Source: Vicugna vicugna
Taxonomy: Eukaryota
Assembly (NCBI GenBank): GCA_013265495.1
Contig: MU058667.1
Span: 62,001-126,000, forward strand
Direction: 5' to 3'
DNA length: 64,000 nt
Part shown: positions 12,901-28,275 of the stretch, one piece after another
How the letters are laid out: each line of letters opens with the position of its first letter
How positions within the stretch are numbered: position 1 is the first letter of the stretch
Notes under the pieces: generated by a model
Database searches by the model: none
The model's input: the letters and a program-made list of their open reading frames with translations, nothing else
Told to the model about the DNA's origin: nothing
Made by a program: the position numbers and the translations under genes

Positions 12901-15900
12901 CGAGGTCGTTATCTGTCTGTAACTTGCAACGCAGGGAGTGTGCTGTATCAGGTGTACAGAGCAAACAGAAAGCTCCGGCCCCCAAAACACCGGCCATTTA
13001 GAAAGCACAGATTCAGCTCATTGAACTGTGCCATGGAGGACGCGGTCTGTTGTGGTTTCTCTGAAAATCGCCCCCTCCTTCCCATCTCTCGGCTACCGCC
13101 TTCAGGGGGGCCCGCGTGGTTTCTCACCCAAACTGTCCTGCCTGCCTCCCGCTCGCCTGTCTCCAGCCTGCAGCCCCCGCAGCAGCCAGGGTGAGCCTTG
13201 CAAAACACCAATGTGGACGTCAGCCTCTTTTGCCTCAAACTTTTGCCGCCTCCCCTGTGTCCAGCGCGGGGAGCAGTGCCACCTCCAAGGCCTTTACTAA
13301 CTTGGCTTCAGCCCACCTCCCCTCCCACTCTGAGAATCTCGGCTCCAGTTACTCAGAATGACTCGCTGCCCGCACCCCACCACAGGCATCTCTCAGCCAA
13401 GTTTACTCACACATTTCTTCCTCTTACTCTGGGTAGATGAGGTTGGCTGGGCAATTCCTTTAGCTTCTATAGGGTAGTCTCTTTGGATTTCTAGGATTAT
13501 GACACGAGAGGAGCAAGCGAGCAGGGCTCAGATGACATAGCGCAGACACACAGACACAAACCACCTGCTCGGTGCAGGTGATATAAATCAACACATGTGC
13601 CAGAAACAATGTTCAGATGGAGGCGGCTGATCTGACGAGGAAGTGTCTCCAATGGCACCTCACAAGTAGGTTTTAATATTTATTTTTTACATTTTGGACA
13701 GAGGGTGGGGACAAGTAGACCAAGGTTTAGAAAAGTCTGGGATCTGCGTTTTCCCTTTCCTCTCCCTGCACCCTGCCGACGCCATCACCTGTTGGGTCAG
13801 AGGTATCCTTTCAGGGATCAGATGGTGGGATGACAATGGTTCAGACAGTTTTCCCATTGCCCTCAGCCCTTAGAAGTGCTCTATGCAAACAAAACCAGCA
13901 AGGCCCTGGGACTCAGATTAGGAAGAAAGTGCATAGTAAATGTGATAGGAATAGTAGCACTGAACCCTAGCGGGTTCGGATAGCAGCAGACGGGGTTGGT
14001 GGTGGGGGAATGTGGTTTGCTGCCATGAACCTCTGGAAGGAAAAGTTGTGTCTTATTTATCTTGGTGTACCCTACCAAGCTGGCACATGATGGACCCTCA
14101 TTCAGCTAGTCCATAAATATTTACCAAGCAATAGAGGATTTGTTTTTCCAGGTTTGGAGTTTTAAGCTTGTTAATAACAGATGAATTCTTTCTCTGTTTC
14201 ATCATCTGCACTTTTGGACTCAGAGTTGGACCTTGCCTTTTGCGGTTTTTTATAATCACTCCCCCTCTCCCTTCTACAGCCCACTCCAGTATTCTGCATA
14301 CAGTAGGCACTCAGCAAATATTTACTGGAGGAGGAGAAGACAGAAGGAAAAGAGATGGTGTAACAATAAGCAACACAGTAGGCAGGCGATCATTCTCAAA
14401 CCCATCATTGAGACTAGAGGGTTTCCTGCGGCTGCAGCCTAAGTGTCTATCCAGACAATCCTGCCTGTGTGATGGCTTTTGTTGCTACCTTTGGTTTCTT
14501 TCCTATGCTGGCCACATTTGTCACCAAAGCCCCTCCGTTTCCCCACCTAACAAGGTAAAACCCTCCTTCCTTCTATCTCCCCATCCTTCCTTCCTCCCTC
14601 CTTCCCTTATTCTTTCCATTGATATGTTGAAACTCATGCCCGGCCGGGAGCACACAGCTGGGAACCTTTGGGTGCTCAGAGTCACGGTCAGGGTGCTCAG
14701 TCTCATGGGGAGATGGACACATGAACGCATCGTTACAAACTGTGCAGTGAAGGCTCCCAGAGTTGCAAGCCCAGAGGCTTAAACTTACCTCTGGTAAGAA
14801 GGAAAGCGAGGCAGGAAGTGGCAAGGAGGGTCAGGGATGACTTCCCAGGAGAGATGAACTAAGATTTCGATCTTGAAGGAAGAAGAGACTCAGTCTCGTT
14901 GAAGAAAGAGGGAAGGGGCATTGCAGGCAAAGGGAAAGACCTATGAAAAACAAGGGCGTGAAAGGAAAACAATGGAACGAGGACAGGGTTTTCTCTGTGA
15001 CTTATCAACCCCATCTTCCATCTCAGAGCTTTATACTCTCCCCGTTTACCTCTCATCAAGTGAAGTGATGCAATCCTCCGGCATGTTGGAAATTTCAGAT
15101 AGCCAATCATTTAATCTCTTAAAGAGAAAGGCACCGATAATGCGGGCTCTCCGTGAGATTAAGCATGTTCTTGGGTGAAAACCGGATCGGGTGCTTGTAG
15201 GAAACCCTGCGGGAGGCTGATGAAATCAGGCAGTTGATGTGAAACGTAATAAATGTTACTTTTTATTCTTTCTTGCCAGGAGTTTGAGAAGTTGGAATCC
15301 TTTTGCCTTGAGAGCAGATGAATCCAGGGGTTCAACCTTAGCCTAAGGATGAGACAGAAGGAAAAGAATAGGGTGATTCCAGGAATTTCAGGTGGGGCCA
15401 AGGTCCATTTTGAAAACTTTCTGGACTAAACCTTTTCAGGGCCAACATTTTCAAAACAGTCAGCGCGATGTTCCCAGTCCTACACTCCAGCTGCATAGTG
15501 GAAACCGAGCCGAGGACAACGCCCTTCTCCCGATGTAGTTTATTTCTGTTCACAGAAACTCTGAAGACAGGAGGCCAAGGCTGACCTCTTCAGTCAAGAG
15601 TCTGCTCAACTTTAAAATTATGATTGCATGTGAAAGCTAAAACGGGAAAGAGAAAAAATCAGTTCTCAGGACAGAAATGCTAAAAACCCTTGGGCCACAT
15701 TCCAGTCAAGGTCCCGGCCCTGCATACATAGCTCCCGTTGGGGGTGGGTGGTGGGAGACCAGCTAAGACCAGTTCAGATCAGCTGAGTGTCCGGGATATT
15801 GGGGTTTATTCTAGAGGTATCCAGCTTACAAAGATTATGCTACGTAATCCTTAAACAACAGAAGCTCGTGGCCAGATGTCATTACTGCTTTGCTGCCAAA

Positions 15901-15955
15901 ACACTTACCCATTCCCAGCGAACTATTTGCAGTAAAGAAATCAGAGGATGGAGTA

Positions 15956-16380
15956 TGTATTTGATTCCTAGGTCTACCGAAACAAATGGGGTGGCTTACG
16001 ACACAGAAGTTCATTCTCACACAATTCTGGAGGCTAGAAGCCCAAAAGCAAGGTTTTGGCAAGGTCGGCTCCTATTGGAGGCTCTAAGAAAGAATCTGCC
16101 GTGCCTCTCTCCTTGATACAGAGATACCTGCCTGCCCTGAGACTGTGTCACCCTAACCTCTGCCTCTGCCTTCACTTGGCGTTCTCCCGCGTCTGTGTTT
16201 AAACTTCCTTCTTGTTATAAGGACACCAGTCACTGGATTAGGGCCCATACTCATCTGGTGTAAGCTCATCTTAACTTGATTATGTCTGCAAAGACCCTGG
16301 GTCCAAATAAATTCACATGCACAGGTACAGGGGGTTAGGACTTCCACATATCTTTGGGGCAGGCACAATTCAACCCACAC
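15956..16380 (-). mobile_element. MLT1 (ERVL-MaLR, MLT1B/C-like) solo LTR
   Basis: Minus strand GGGTTGAATTGTG...AAAGATATGTGGAAGTCCTAACCCC...CAGGGTCTTTGCAGACATAATCAAGTTAAGATGAG. Confidence 0.85.
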
Positions 16381-17649
16381 TGAGTGCAAAACAAAAACGA
16401 AACCCTGGGCTAGGCACGAGCAGTCGTGGCTGTCCCACAGGCGACCCACCCGCGGAGCTCCCCTCGGCAAGTCCCTCACCCGAAGTTTCAGTTCTCGTCT
16501 CTAAAGCAAAGTAAGGCCTGCCCTGCCCGCCTCAGAGAGGCCATGAGAATAAAATGAAATCGTGTAAATAAAATTATTCTCAACGCGGAAAGTGTTTCTA
16601 CAAGTGCAAGGGATTATTATGAATTCATTCCAGATCGTTGTTGACTTTCCCTTAACTTCATGACTACCTGATAAGTAGGTAATGAAATGAGAAACAGAGC
16701 CCGCCTCACAGGGAAGAGAATTTAAATTACATGCCTGCCTTCAGTTATGGTTTGAGATGAAAGTACAATAGCATTCTGCAGTGGAGAAGAGCGTTGCAGA
16801 TTCTTGTTCCCTGTGCTTCTTACTCCCATCAAAACAGGGTGGTGTTCAGGGGAACCCCATGGGTGGAAGCAATTTAAAGGCAAACCAAGAAGGCTGCTAC
16901 GCTCCTCTGGGACATCAGCAGGCATCTCCAGTGGCGGCGACTCCCCTTCCCTTCCCTCTGTGTCTGTGTGGTCCACGTTATTACTTGCTCCCACGACAAT
17001 GTCCTCATAATGGCCTTGAATCTGCTTTGTCTGATGACTTTTCTGGCTATCGGGACACAGACCACCCAACTTATAAAATTATCTAAAGAAGCTGTTTTCC
17101 TGGCTGACTGATGTGACACACTCCCATGTCTACTGCACAAAACAGACCATTGTGTAGCCAGAAAAAAAATTTTTCTTTTAATGAAAATCTGAAGTTAAAA
17201 AAAAAAAGCTCCCTTTTCTACCTTTGTAAGAGGCCTGAAGTTCTAGCAGTGATAGGAAAACTTTTTTCAGGCTGCCAGATGAAGTCAAAGGGACTTGGAA
17301 GGTGTGTAAAAATGACCACACATGTTGGAAATGCCAAAGAGGGGTGTCATGGGATGACAGCTTCAGAACTGCAGTTACATCTGAAGCATCACATGACCAC
17401 TTGAGTGTTACTGATGGCCACAGTAGTGATAAAGTCTGTTGACCCTGGACATCAGGGGTTTGCTGTCCCAGGAGAAATCCCAGAGGGGAAAAATACCACC
17501 AGCAAAAAAAAAAAAAAAAAAAGACAAAGAGGCTCTCAGAAAGAGGCTCTCCCTCCGCCCTGCAAACTCAATTCTCTATTTCTCACTGCTGGGTGAGTGT
17601 GCATCCCAGGGGCTTTCAGACACCTGCAGGAACAGACCAAATCATACAC

Positions 17650-20600
17650 CAGCTAATAAACAAAACTTTATTTTCCTTTGATACAAAAATTAAATAGCAA
17701 AGTTTTTTTTTGTACAGTGATAAATTAGAAATGTACAGTACAGACATCAATGCAGACACATTTGTACATCCTCAAAAGCAGGGTCCATTTCCTCTGATGT
17801 TCAGCAATTCACTCAGGGTGTATAGTAGGGGTTCGCCTGGTACCTCTATGTTGAACATCTGAAAATCCCCCAGGGTGGCCTCGAGGTGGCTGGAGCTGTG
17901 GGTGGCGCAGGGGCCCGAGGAAGGCCACAGAACGCGAGCATGTCTGCCACACCAGCAGGCCGCAACTCATCTTTGCATAGATCACACCTGATATTTATTC
18001 TGCCTTCTACAAAGAGTTCAAGGGGCCTTTGTCCTCATCCCTTCTAAAGTCTCACAACATCCCTGTGAGGTAGGAAAAAATTCAGGACCACCTCGGTGCT
18101 CCACTGGGTGGGACCTGGAAAGCCACCTCTCCCTCCCAAGGCCCACAGCCATGCTGGCCCTAGCCGTCAGCAGGACGGGTGAGAGAGGTTGCCTCCCCTG
18201 GGAGAGCAGAGGGACCCAGCCTCCAAGGGGCAGGAGCCCTCGCCCCCTCCTCAGAAGCCTTCTGGGATGACAGTGGTCATGGACTGAGTATTGTAGGCAA
18301 TCAGGGGGCTACAAAAGCTTGGAGGACACGGCTCATATAGGACCCCAAGCAGGCCCTCTACAAATCGCCTGGGAGAATGCTGGGAATGTGCTGGTGCGAA
18401 GAAGGGAAACCAGGCAAAACAGAAACAGGCAACTGGGTTTACCAAGGGGAGGAGGCCTGTAGGGGGGATCAGGGCTCACTTCCCTCCTGAAACGCCCAGT
18501 GCACCATCACTGCACATGTGCGTGGGGAGAGGCAGCAGCAGAAGAGAGCTCTGCCCAGGCCACAGCGAAACAAAATCCATTATTTAAGGCTCTGGCATCT
18601 GATCCTTGGTTGGAGCAAAATGCTCTCCTAGGAGTTTCCAAGATCTACAACCTAGGCCCAGAAGAAAACTGAGAACCCAGGTCCTTTGCCAGATATAATA
18701 CAAACCCAGACAGGGACCCTGAACCCAAATACAATAAAGGAACAAAAAGAACCGTCGGAATCCAATGACTCGACATAGTTGGCTGGAACAGCAACTCCCT
18801 ACAATCTCCTCCATCACAGAATGAAATTCAGGATGTAGATCAATTCTGGGGGCTCCTTCCAGAGTCTGTGCTCCACGGCTCTCTTCCCTAACTGCTCCTG
18901 TGGCCCCTTCACCAGAAGCCGAAGATTGCACCATCCTGGTGAAATCCCCTTATGTAGGGTCTGCCCTCCAGGGCTGAGGTTGTCAAGTTCATCTTTACAT
19001 CTTCAGGTCCCAGCATGGTTCCCAGCACTGAATTCAGTGACCAGGAGGCTGAGGGGGTTCCAGAGAGGACAGAGCCGGGGGTGCTGGTAAAGTCACAATT
19101 CAGAACCTAGGTACAGATGTTTCCCCAGTTCCAGATTTGGGGGGGGGGGTGAGGGAGCAACTGGGGAAAGCAAAGTCAGAGAGTATCTCAGGGACATAAA
19201 AAGTGTCACCCCTTCTCCGGTTTCAGGTCCCTGAGTAAGCTGCCAGCTCAGAAGCAGTTTCAGAAATCAGGAAACGGGTCTCCACAGAGGAAAAAGGATA
19301 TGAATCAACCAAGGAGCTCCACCAGGCAGTTCTGGCCAGTTCCACCCTCCCCAGGTTCCTCTGTCCTGGGGAGTGGCCTTTACCAAGGAGGAGAAAGGAG
19401 TTTGCCAGAGAGGAGGCTGGACAGAGGTGCCCTTGGGCCCTGCTGAGGCCAAGGGATTTTGTAGGAAGCTACAATTATACCTATTTATTCTAAATTTCAG
19501 AGAAAGAAAAAGAACCCGAAACTTTCCCCTACCAAGATGCTATCCTCAGATTCACCTGCACGAGTCACTGGAACACCCCAAGCCCTGAACTGCCTGCCCC
19601 TGAAGCCACATTAGATGTGGGAGCTCACATCCATACAGCCAATGTTCACAGTCTTCCTAGGAGATTTCCACAGAGATTGTCACGAAGCAGGGCTGATGCT
19701 TTCTGGGAGAACCCCTGCAAATCGATTTGCAAGGAGTCCCGGGAAAGGATGAGTGATGTGTTAAAGACAGAAAAGACCCAGGAAGAGGTTTCTGGGATGG
19801 AGACAGTGAAACACATGGCAATTCTGGAGCCTCTGCTCCTTCCTGAAACCAACAGCAAAGTTCAGCTGACCCAGGAGCATCCCAGGCCAGGCCCAGCAGA
19901 AGAACAGAGCTTACCCTCCCCGACATCCACTAAGGTACCTAACACTGGGCTTCACACAGCTGGCACTCAATAAATGTGCTGATAATTAACTTTTTTTTTT
20001 TAAACAAACACCAACTTAAGAGGTGACAGAGTCGCCTCAAGGTAACTGGTAACTGACTCCTCAGCCACAAAGCTCCTTCCCTGAAACTGTGAACACTCTC
20101 CACGGTCTGGAATGTGAAAGGAACGGCCTATAGCTCCGTGACACTGCCAGGGTCACTCATCCAGTCTGCACCGATGGCCACTTCCGATCAAATACACTTC
20201 CCCTGAGAAGGCAAGAGATTTATGGAAGAGAGATGTTAAAAGCCAGAAAGCTCCAGAACTCAGGTGTCCAGGTTCATCCAAGTCCTCTTATTGTTTCCAT
20301 TTCATCATTCATAAACATTGAGCACCTATTCCGTGCCTGGCCCTCTGCTAGGTGCTGCCTTGGTCACACAATCACTGGAACATTACAAAGAGAACTGTGT
20401 TACACACCCCTACACTCCAACAGCAAGGTCTGTGCCTCACTGCCTGGTCCTTCTTCCCTTTCCTGGGCCAGCGTCTCCGCACAACTCCCAAGACACTGGA
20501 GCAGAGCGTGAGTAAGGGCAGGCTCTGCCCCTGGGTGCGTGCTCCAGGGCCCCGGCCAGCTATGGGAACCGTCTGCAAGCAGCACGGGGCGTTCACATTT

Positions 20601-22717
20601 TACATTTCATAGGCGATGCAGTCTCAGATGGAGTTCAACTGGTCCTTCTGGGGACCATTTCTCATGCTCCTGGAGCCCTGACTCAGAGTCCAGCCAAGAT
20701 ACTTAGGCCCAGCACACACAGCCGGGACCACCCGTGCCCACTTAGTGTGTGTCCAAAGCCCTAAGACTTCCTCTTCCAAAACACACGACAGGCCTTACAC
20801 GCATCTTCCTCCCATACTGCTCAAGAACCATGCCAAACAAGAGAAAGAAGGAAGGGAAATGTCAAACCAGGGGCATCAGGCTCAAACAAACAAAAAAGAC
20901 ATGCTGATTTCCAAAATATGGACTCCTACTTGGAACTCTGAGTCCCTGGAAATACTTTTCCACAAAGAAACACGATAGAAGAGACTGCCCACCTGCTTTA
21001 AGGCGGGGGCGGAGGGCATGAACAAATAAATGAATGAATCATCGCGAAGCAGCTGCTGAAGCAAAGACAGGTATAAACTTCAAGAAGAGCTACCTGTGAC
21101 ATCGTCAACAATTTGTCCCAGAGATCTGGTGATTAGAAGGCCTCGGGCGGGTTAGGAGAAAGGCCAGCTACCATTTTAAAAGAACTGCAACTTTTGAGAG
21201 GCTGCTAGGGGAGGAACCCCTTGTGAGGAACAGAAAGCATAAAATTTAAAAGCTCTGGATACCTCCACAAAAAGCAACTAAGACCTGTGCTGTTAGAGTT
21301 TGCAGTTCATTTCATATGGTCTACACTCTATTCCCTCCTAACCAATCAAGCTCCTGGCTGGCATTCTGGAGATTCATTAAGCACCATACAAATACTCCAG
21401 GCCACACTGCCTCCAATGAAATCTTAAACGGAGCCTTTGCCAATTACTAGGAAAAAATTATGCACCAAATAGTTGGATTAGCTGTCCTTAGCTCCCTCTA
21501 CAAAACTGAAAAAGTCTCCATTGTAGTACATGAACCAGACTCTGATAACATTCTTATGCTAAAGGAAAAAAAGGCACTATCACTCTGAGAATGCAGGCTG
21601 ACCATAGTTTTAAAGTCAGCTGAGTAACTATTATGTCACGGTCCAAGAATGTGCTTTTAATTGTAATTGACACACACAAATTACACAGTTAATCTGTGTG
21701 AATGCAAAGTTGCCAAGAAATTTAACATTTTAGCTCTTCCAGACTGGCGTCTGCACAGATGCAATCACACAAAGTAAAATATATTAAGTCCCCACTGCTC
21801 AGCGCAGTAGGTCTCTGGGGTGGGTAAGGTAAGTCGACTTGGTAAGTCTCATTTTCCTCTGAATTAAGTGATTGTCAGAAGGTGAATCACCCTTCCTTTC
21901 CCCCTGATTAGGTGTGCTGCAGTGCAAAAATTCTTATAAAAATACCTCTTTTGAGTATTAACATAGAATGGAGAAAGCAGTAGCAGCCTAGTACAGGGCT
22001 GCTGAAATTCAAGAGGAAGAGAGAGAAGAAATATTCACTGGATACCTTATGTGTGTTTGTATAGTACTTTTGTTTGTTCAAACAATTCTGCTTTATGACA
22101 AAGGCACTGAAAGATTCTGACACCACCTCTTGGGAGAGCAATCCACAAAGCTCTAAACAGCAGACAGTGCACCGCAGAAAATGTTTATGTTAGATCAGCC
22201 AAACTATAAAACTCTTGTAACACTTCTCTGAACCCAGCTTTCCAGTGTTTATAGATCGCTTCGCTATCTGAAAGACCCAGTTAGGATTTAAAATTTTAAA
22301 GGGTTAAAAAAGTTAATCTTTGTCCCTGCAAGTTGCCTACTCACAGCTCAAACCCCATCCTGCAGGGAAAAGCAGCATTGCCCTGGACCTCCTGGAATCT
22401 AGGCAGGACCTCCACGCTCCAAGCTCCAAGCTGCGACCTGCTAAAGTGATCAATGTTTTGATTTTTCACAGCTTTGAAAGCCTCTAACTGGCTTTTCCAT
22501 TTTGGATCATTCCAAAGTCTGCAGCAAAATCATTAGTTTTATGATTCTAGGGGGAAGCGGGGAGAGTGGCAGTGGGCTATTGGTATGTGTGGGGGGTCAC
22601 TTAAGTATTGCTAGTTGGTTGGAACTGAGATTCACTGCATGGAGCTTATAGTAGCATTTGCACTGAAATGCTGCCATTCCCCCTTCAAAATCTGGAAAGC
22701 GTGGAGGCTGGCTAGCC
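17650..22717 (-). other. FZD4: FZD4 long 3'UTR (~5 kb)
   Basis: Largely repeat-poor stretch from the stop codon to a minus-strand AATAAA preceded by UGUA elements and U-rich sequence. FZD4 mRNAs are known to carry multi-kb 3'UTRs. The 3' end is approximate. Confidence 0.75.
17667..17672 (-). terminator. Putative major FZD4 polyadenylation signal (AATAAA)
   Basis: TTTATT on the + strand. On the minus strand it reads ...TTTTGTATCAAAGGAAAATAAAGTTTTGTTT, with several TGTA elements 10-100 nt upstream. Confidence 0.75.
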
Positions 22718-26637
<3,920 letters not shown>

Positions 26638-26682
26638 TTAGACGCCCCGGGCCAGGGTCGAAGGACAGACTGCGAGGGTCAT
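26638..26682 (-). other. Upstream ORF in the FZD4 5'UTR (MTLAVCPSTLARGV*)
   Basis: ACCATGACC...GTCTAA: 14 codons plus stop, purine at -3, ending 180 nt before the main ATG. Confidence 0.6.
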
Positions 26683-26843
26683 GGTTGCAGGCGGCGAGCC
26701 CCAAGCCCGGCGCCGGCAGCGTCCGCTCGGGGTCTCGGAGAAGCCCGCCTGCACCCTGCGCCGCGCGGCTCTCAACGCCAGAGCCCTCCGCGGCGCTGGA
26801 GGTTCGCTGGGCGGTGGCGGGACGGGACGGACAGCGCACTTCT

Positions 26844-26880
26844 CCAATGGCCGGGCGCCGTGGCCAGCGAGGGGCGGGGC
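26844..26880. promoter_or_regulatory. CCAAT box (26844-26848) and Sp/KLF GC box (GGGGCGGGGC, 26871-26880) in the TATA-less FZD4 core promoter
   Basis: Exact motifs just upstream of the inferred TSS region (~26770-26800); further CCCGCCCC boxes near 26940-26965. Confidence 0.6.
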
Positions 26881-27199
26881 CACTCTGCCCCGGGCAGGGT
26901 CAAGCCGCCGCCCGCCAGCCCCCCTCCTGCGTCTCTCCCTCCCGCCCCGGAGCGCCCCGCCCCGCTTCCCGGCTCTCGCTTTCCTCCCACCGGGTTTGCG
27001 GCGCTCGGGGGCCAGGCGGCGATGAAGCCAAGTCGCTTGGCCGGGCCAGCCTGCCCCTTCTCTCTCAGGTGAGAAGTGCTCCCAGATCAGTTGGCTCCCT
27101 TTCCTTCCTTTCTTCCAGCTGTCACTTCGCCCGTGGCCACCTCCCCATCAGGCAGAGAAACGTACACACAAAGAACACGGGATTTGGATTTACAAAGGT

Positions 27200-27345
27200 T
27201 GTGGCGTTACATCCTGGCTGTGTGACCTTGAGCAAATTGCCCAACCTCTCAGCGTCGGTTTCCTCATCCGTAAAGAGACTTGGCAGGATTAGAGATAATG
27301 CGTAAAACGCTTAGCACGGTGCCTGGTACAGCGCGAGCTCGTAGC
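27200..27345 (+). mobile_element. MIR SINE just upstream of the FZD4 promoter
   Basis: GCTGTGTGACCTTGAGCAAATTGCCCAACCTCTCAGCGTCGGTTTCCTCATCCGTAAA MIR core. Further MIR copies near 730, 9090, 9600, 27930, 35110, 43890, 54570 and 59950. Confidence 0.8.
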
Positions 27346-28183
27346 TATTTTCACTCCTAGCTTGCTCGAGTTGGAGCCCGGCCCCTCTCCCCGCCCCCAG
27401 CCTCGGCTCGACCTGCACCCGGGAGCTGCCTGTCTCCAGCCGCGAGTGGGGGAGGCGCCCCGGAGCAGCCGACCAGCCGACGGTCTTGCGCTCCGATTTC
27501 CTCACCGTATGAAATGAAATTCCACAGGGGGATTCGAAAGGAAATGAGACCGGGACGCTCCGTGCTTCTCGGCCCGCCGCCCTTCCTGTCTCGGGGACAC
27601 GGTTTCTAAATAAGGTTGGGAGGGTGAGAGGGCGGGAGGGGAGAGGCTTGACCTGTGCATGGGAGGCTGAGAAGGCGCGCAACCACCGGGGCTCCCTTCC
27701 CCCAGCCTCACGGGTATCCCTCCCCTGAAGCCTGAATCTCTATTTAACTTATTCTGCGTCCGCGAGGGTCCTGGGGATCACGCGACCAGTGTTTGGATCC
27801 AAATTTCCCCTCTCATTCCTAACCCTCCTCCCGCCCTCCTCTCCTTGGACGGAGCTTTGTGCTAGCCCACCCTCTCCACTTTCCAGTCGGGCCAGTGAAA
27901 CCCTCAACAGGTGGATTCCTAAATCATTTACTAGTTGCAGCACTGTGGTCAAGCTGCTGTGCCTCTCTGAGCCTCGTATTGGTCAGCTGTAAAGTAAGGA
28001 AGCTAATATCTACCCCACACAGTTGTTCTAAGAGTTTAAATAAGATAATGCTTGTAAATCATTTAGTACACAGTAAGTGCCGAATAACTTGGTTATTGTT
28101 GTGGGGCAGCCTCCTTCCTTCCAGCCTGGTGCCAAAGACATCTCCTGCAGCCCAGGTCTGAGGATCTGGGTAAAGATCTTTCA

Positions 28184-28275
28184 TGAAAAAGAATATATAT
28201 AAAACTGAATCACTATGCTGTGCAATAGAAACTAACACAATATTGCAAATCAACTATACTTCAATTTTTAAAAAA
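28184..28275 (+). mobile_element. Short L1 3' tail
   Basis: AAAAAGAATATATAT...ACTGAATCACTATGCTGTGC...AACTATACTTCAATT, resembling the reverse complement of the L1 end at 37971. Confidence 0.75.

Noticed and set aside
14168..14782. 204-aa + strand ORF
   Set aside because: TTG start, overlaps L2-like fragments and a CT-rich tract, no protein-like features.
1..17600. Coding exons of a neighbouring gene such as PRSS23
   Set aside because: No ORF resembles a serine protease or other known protein; small or non-coding exons cannot be excluded.
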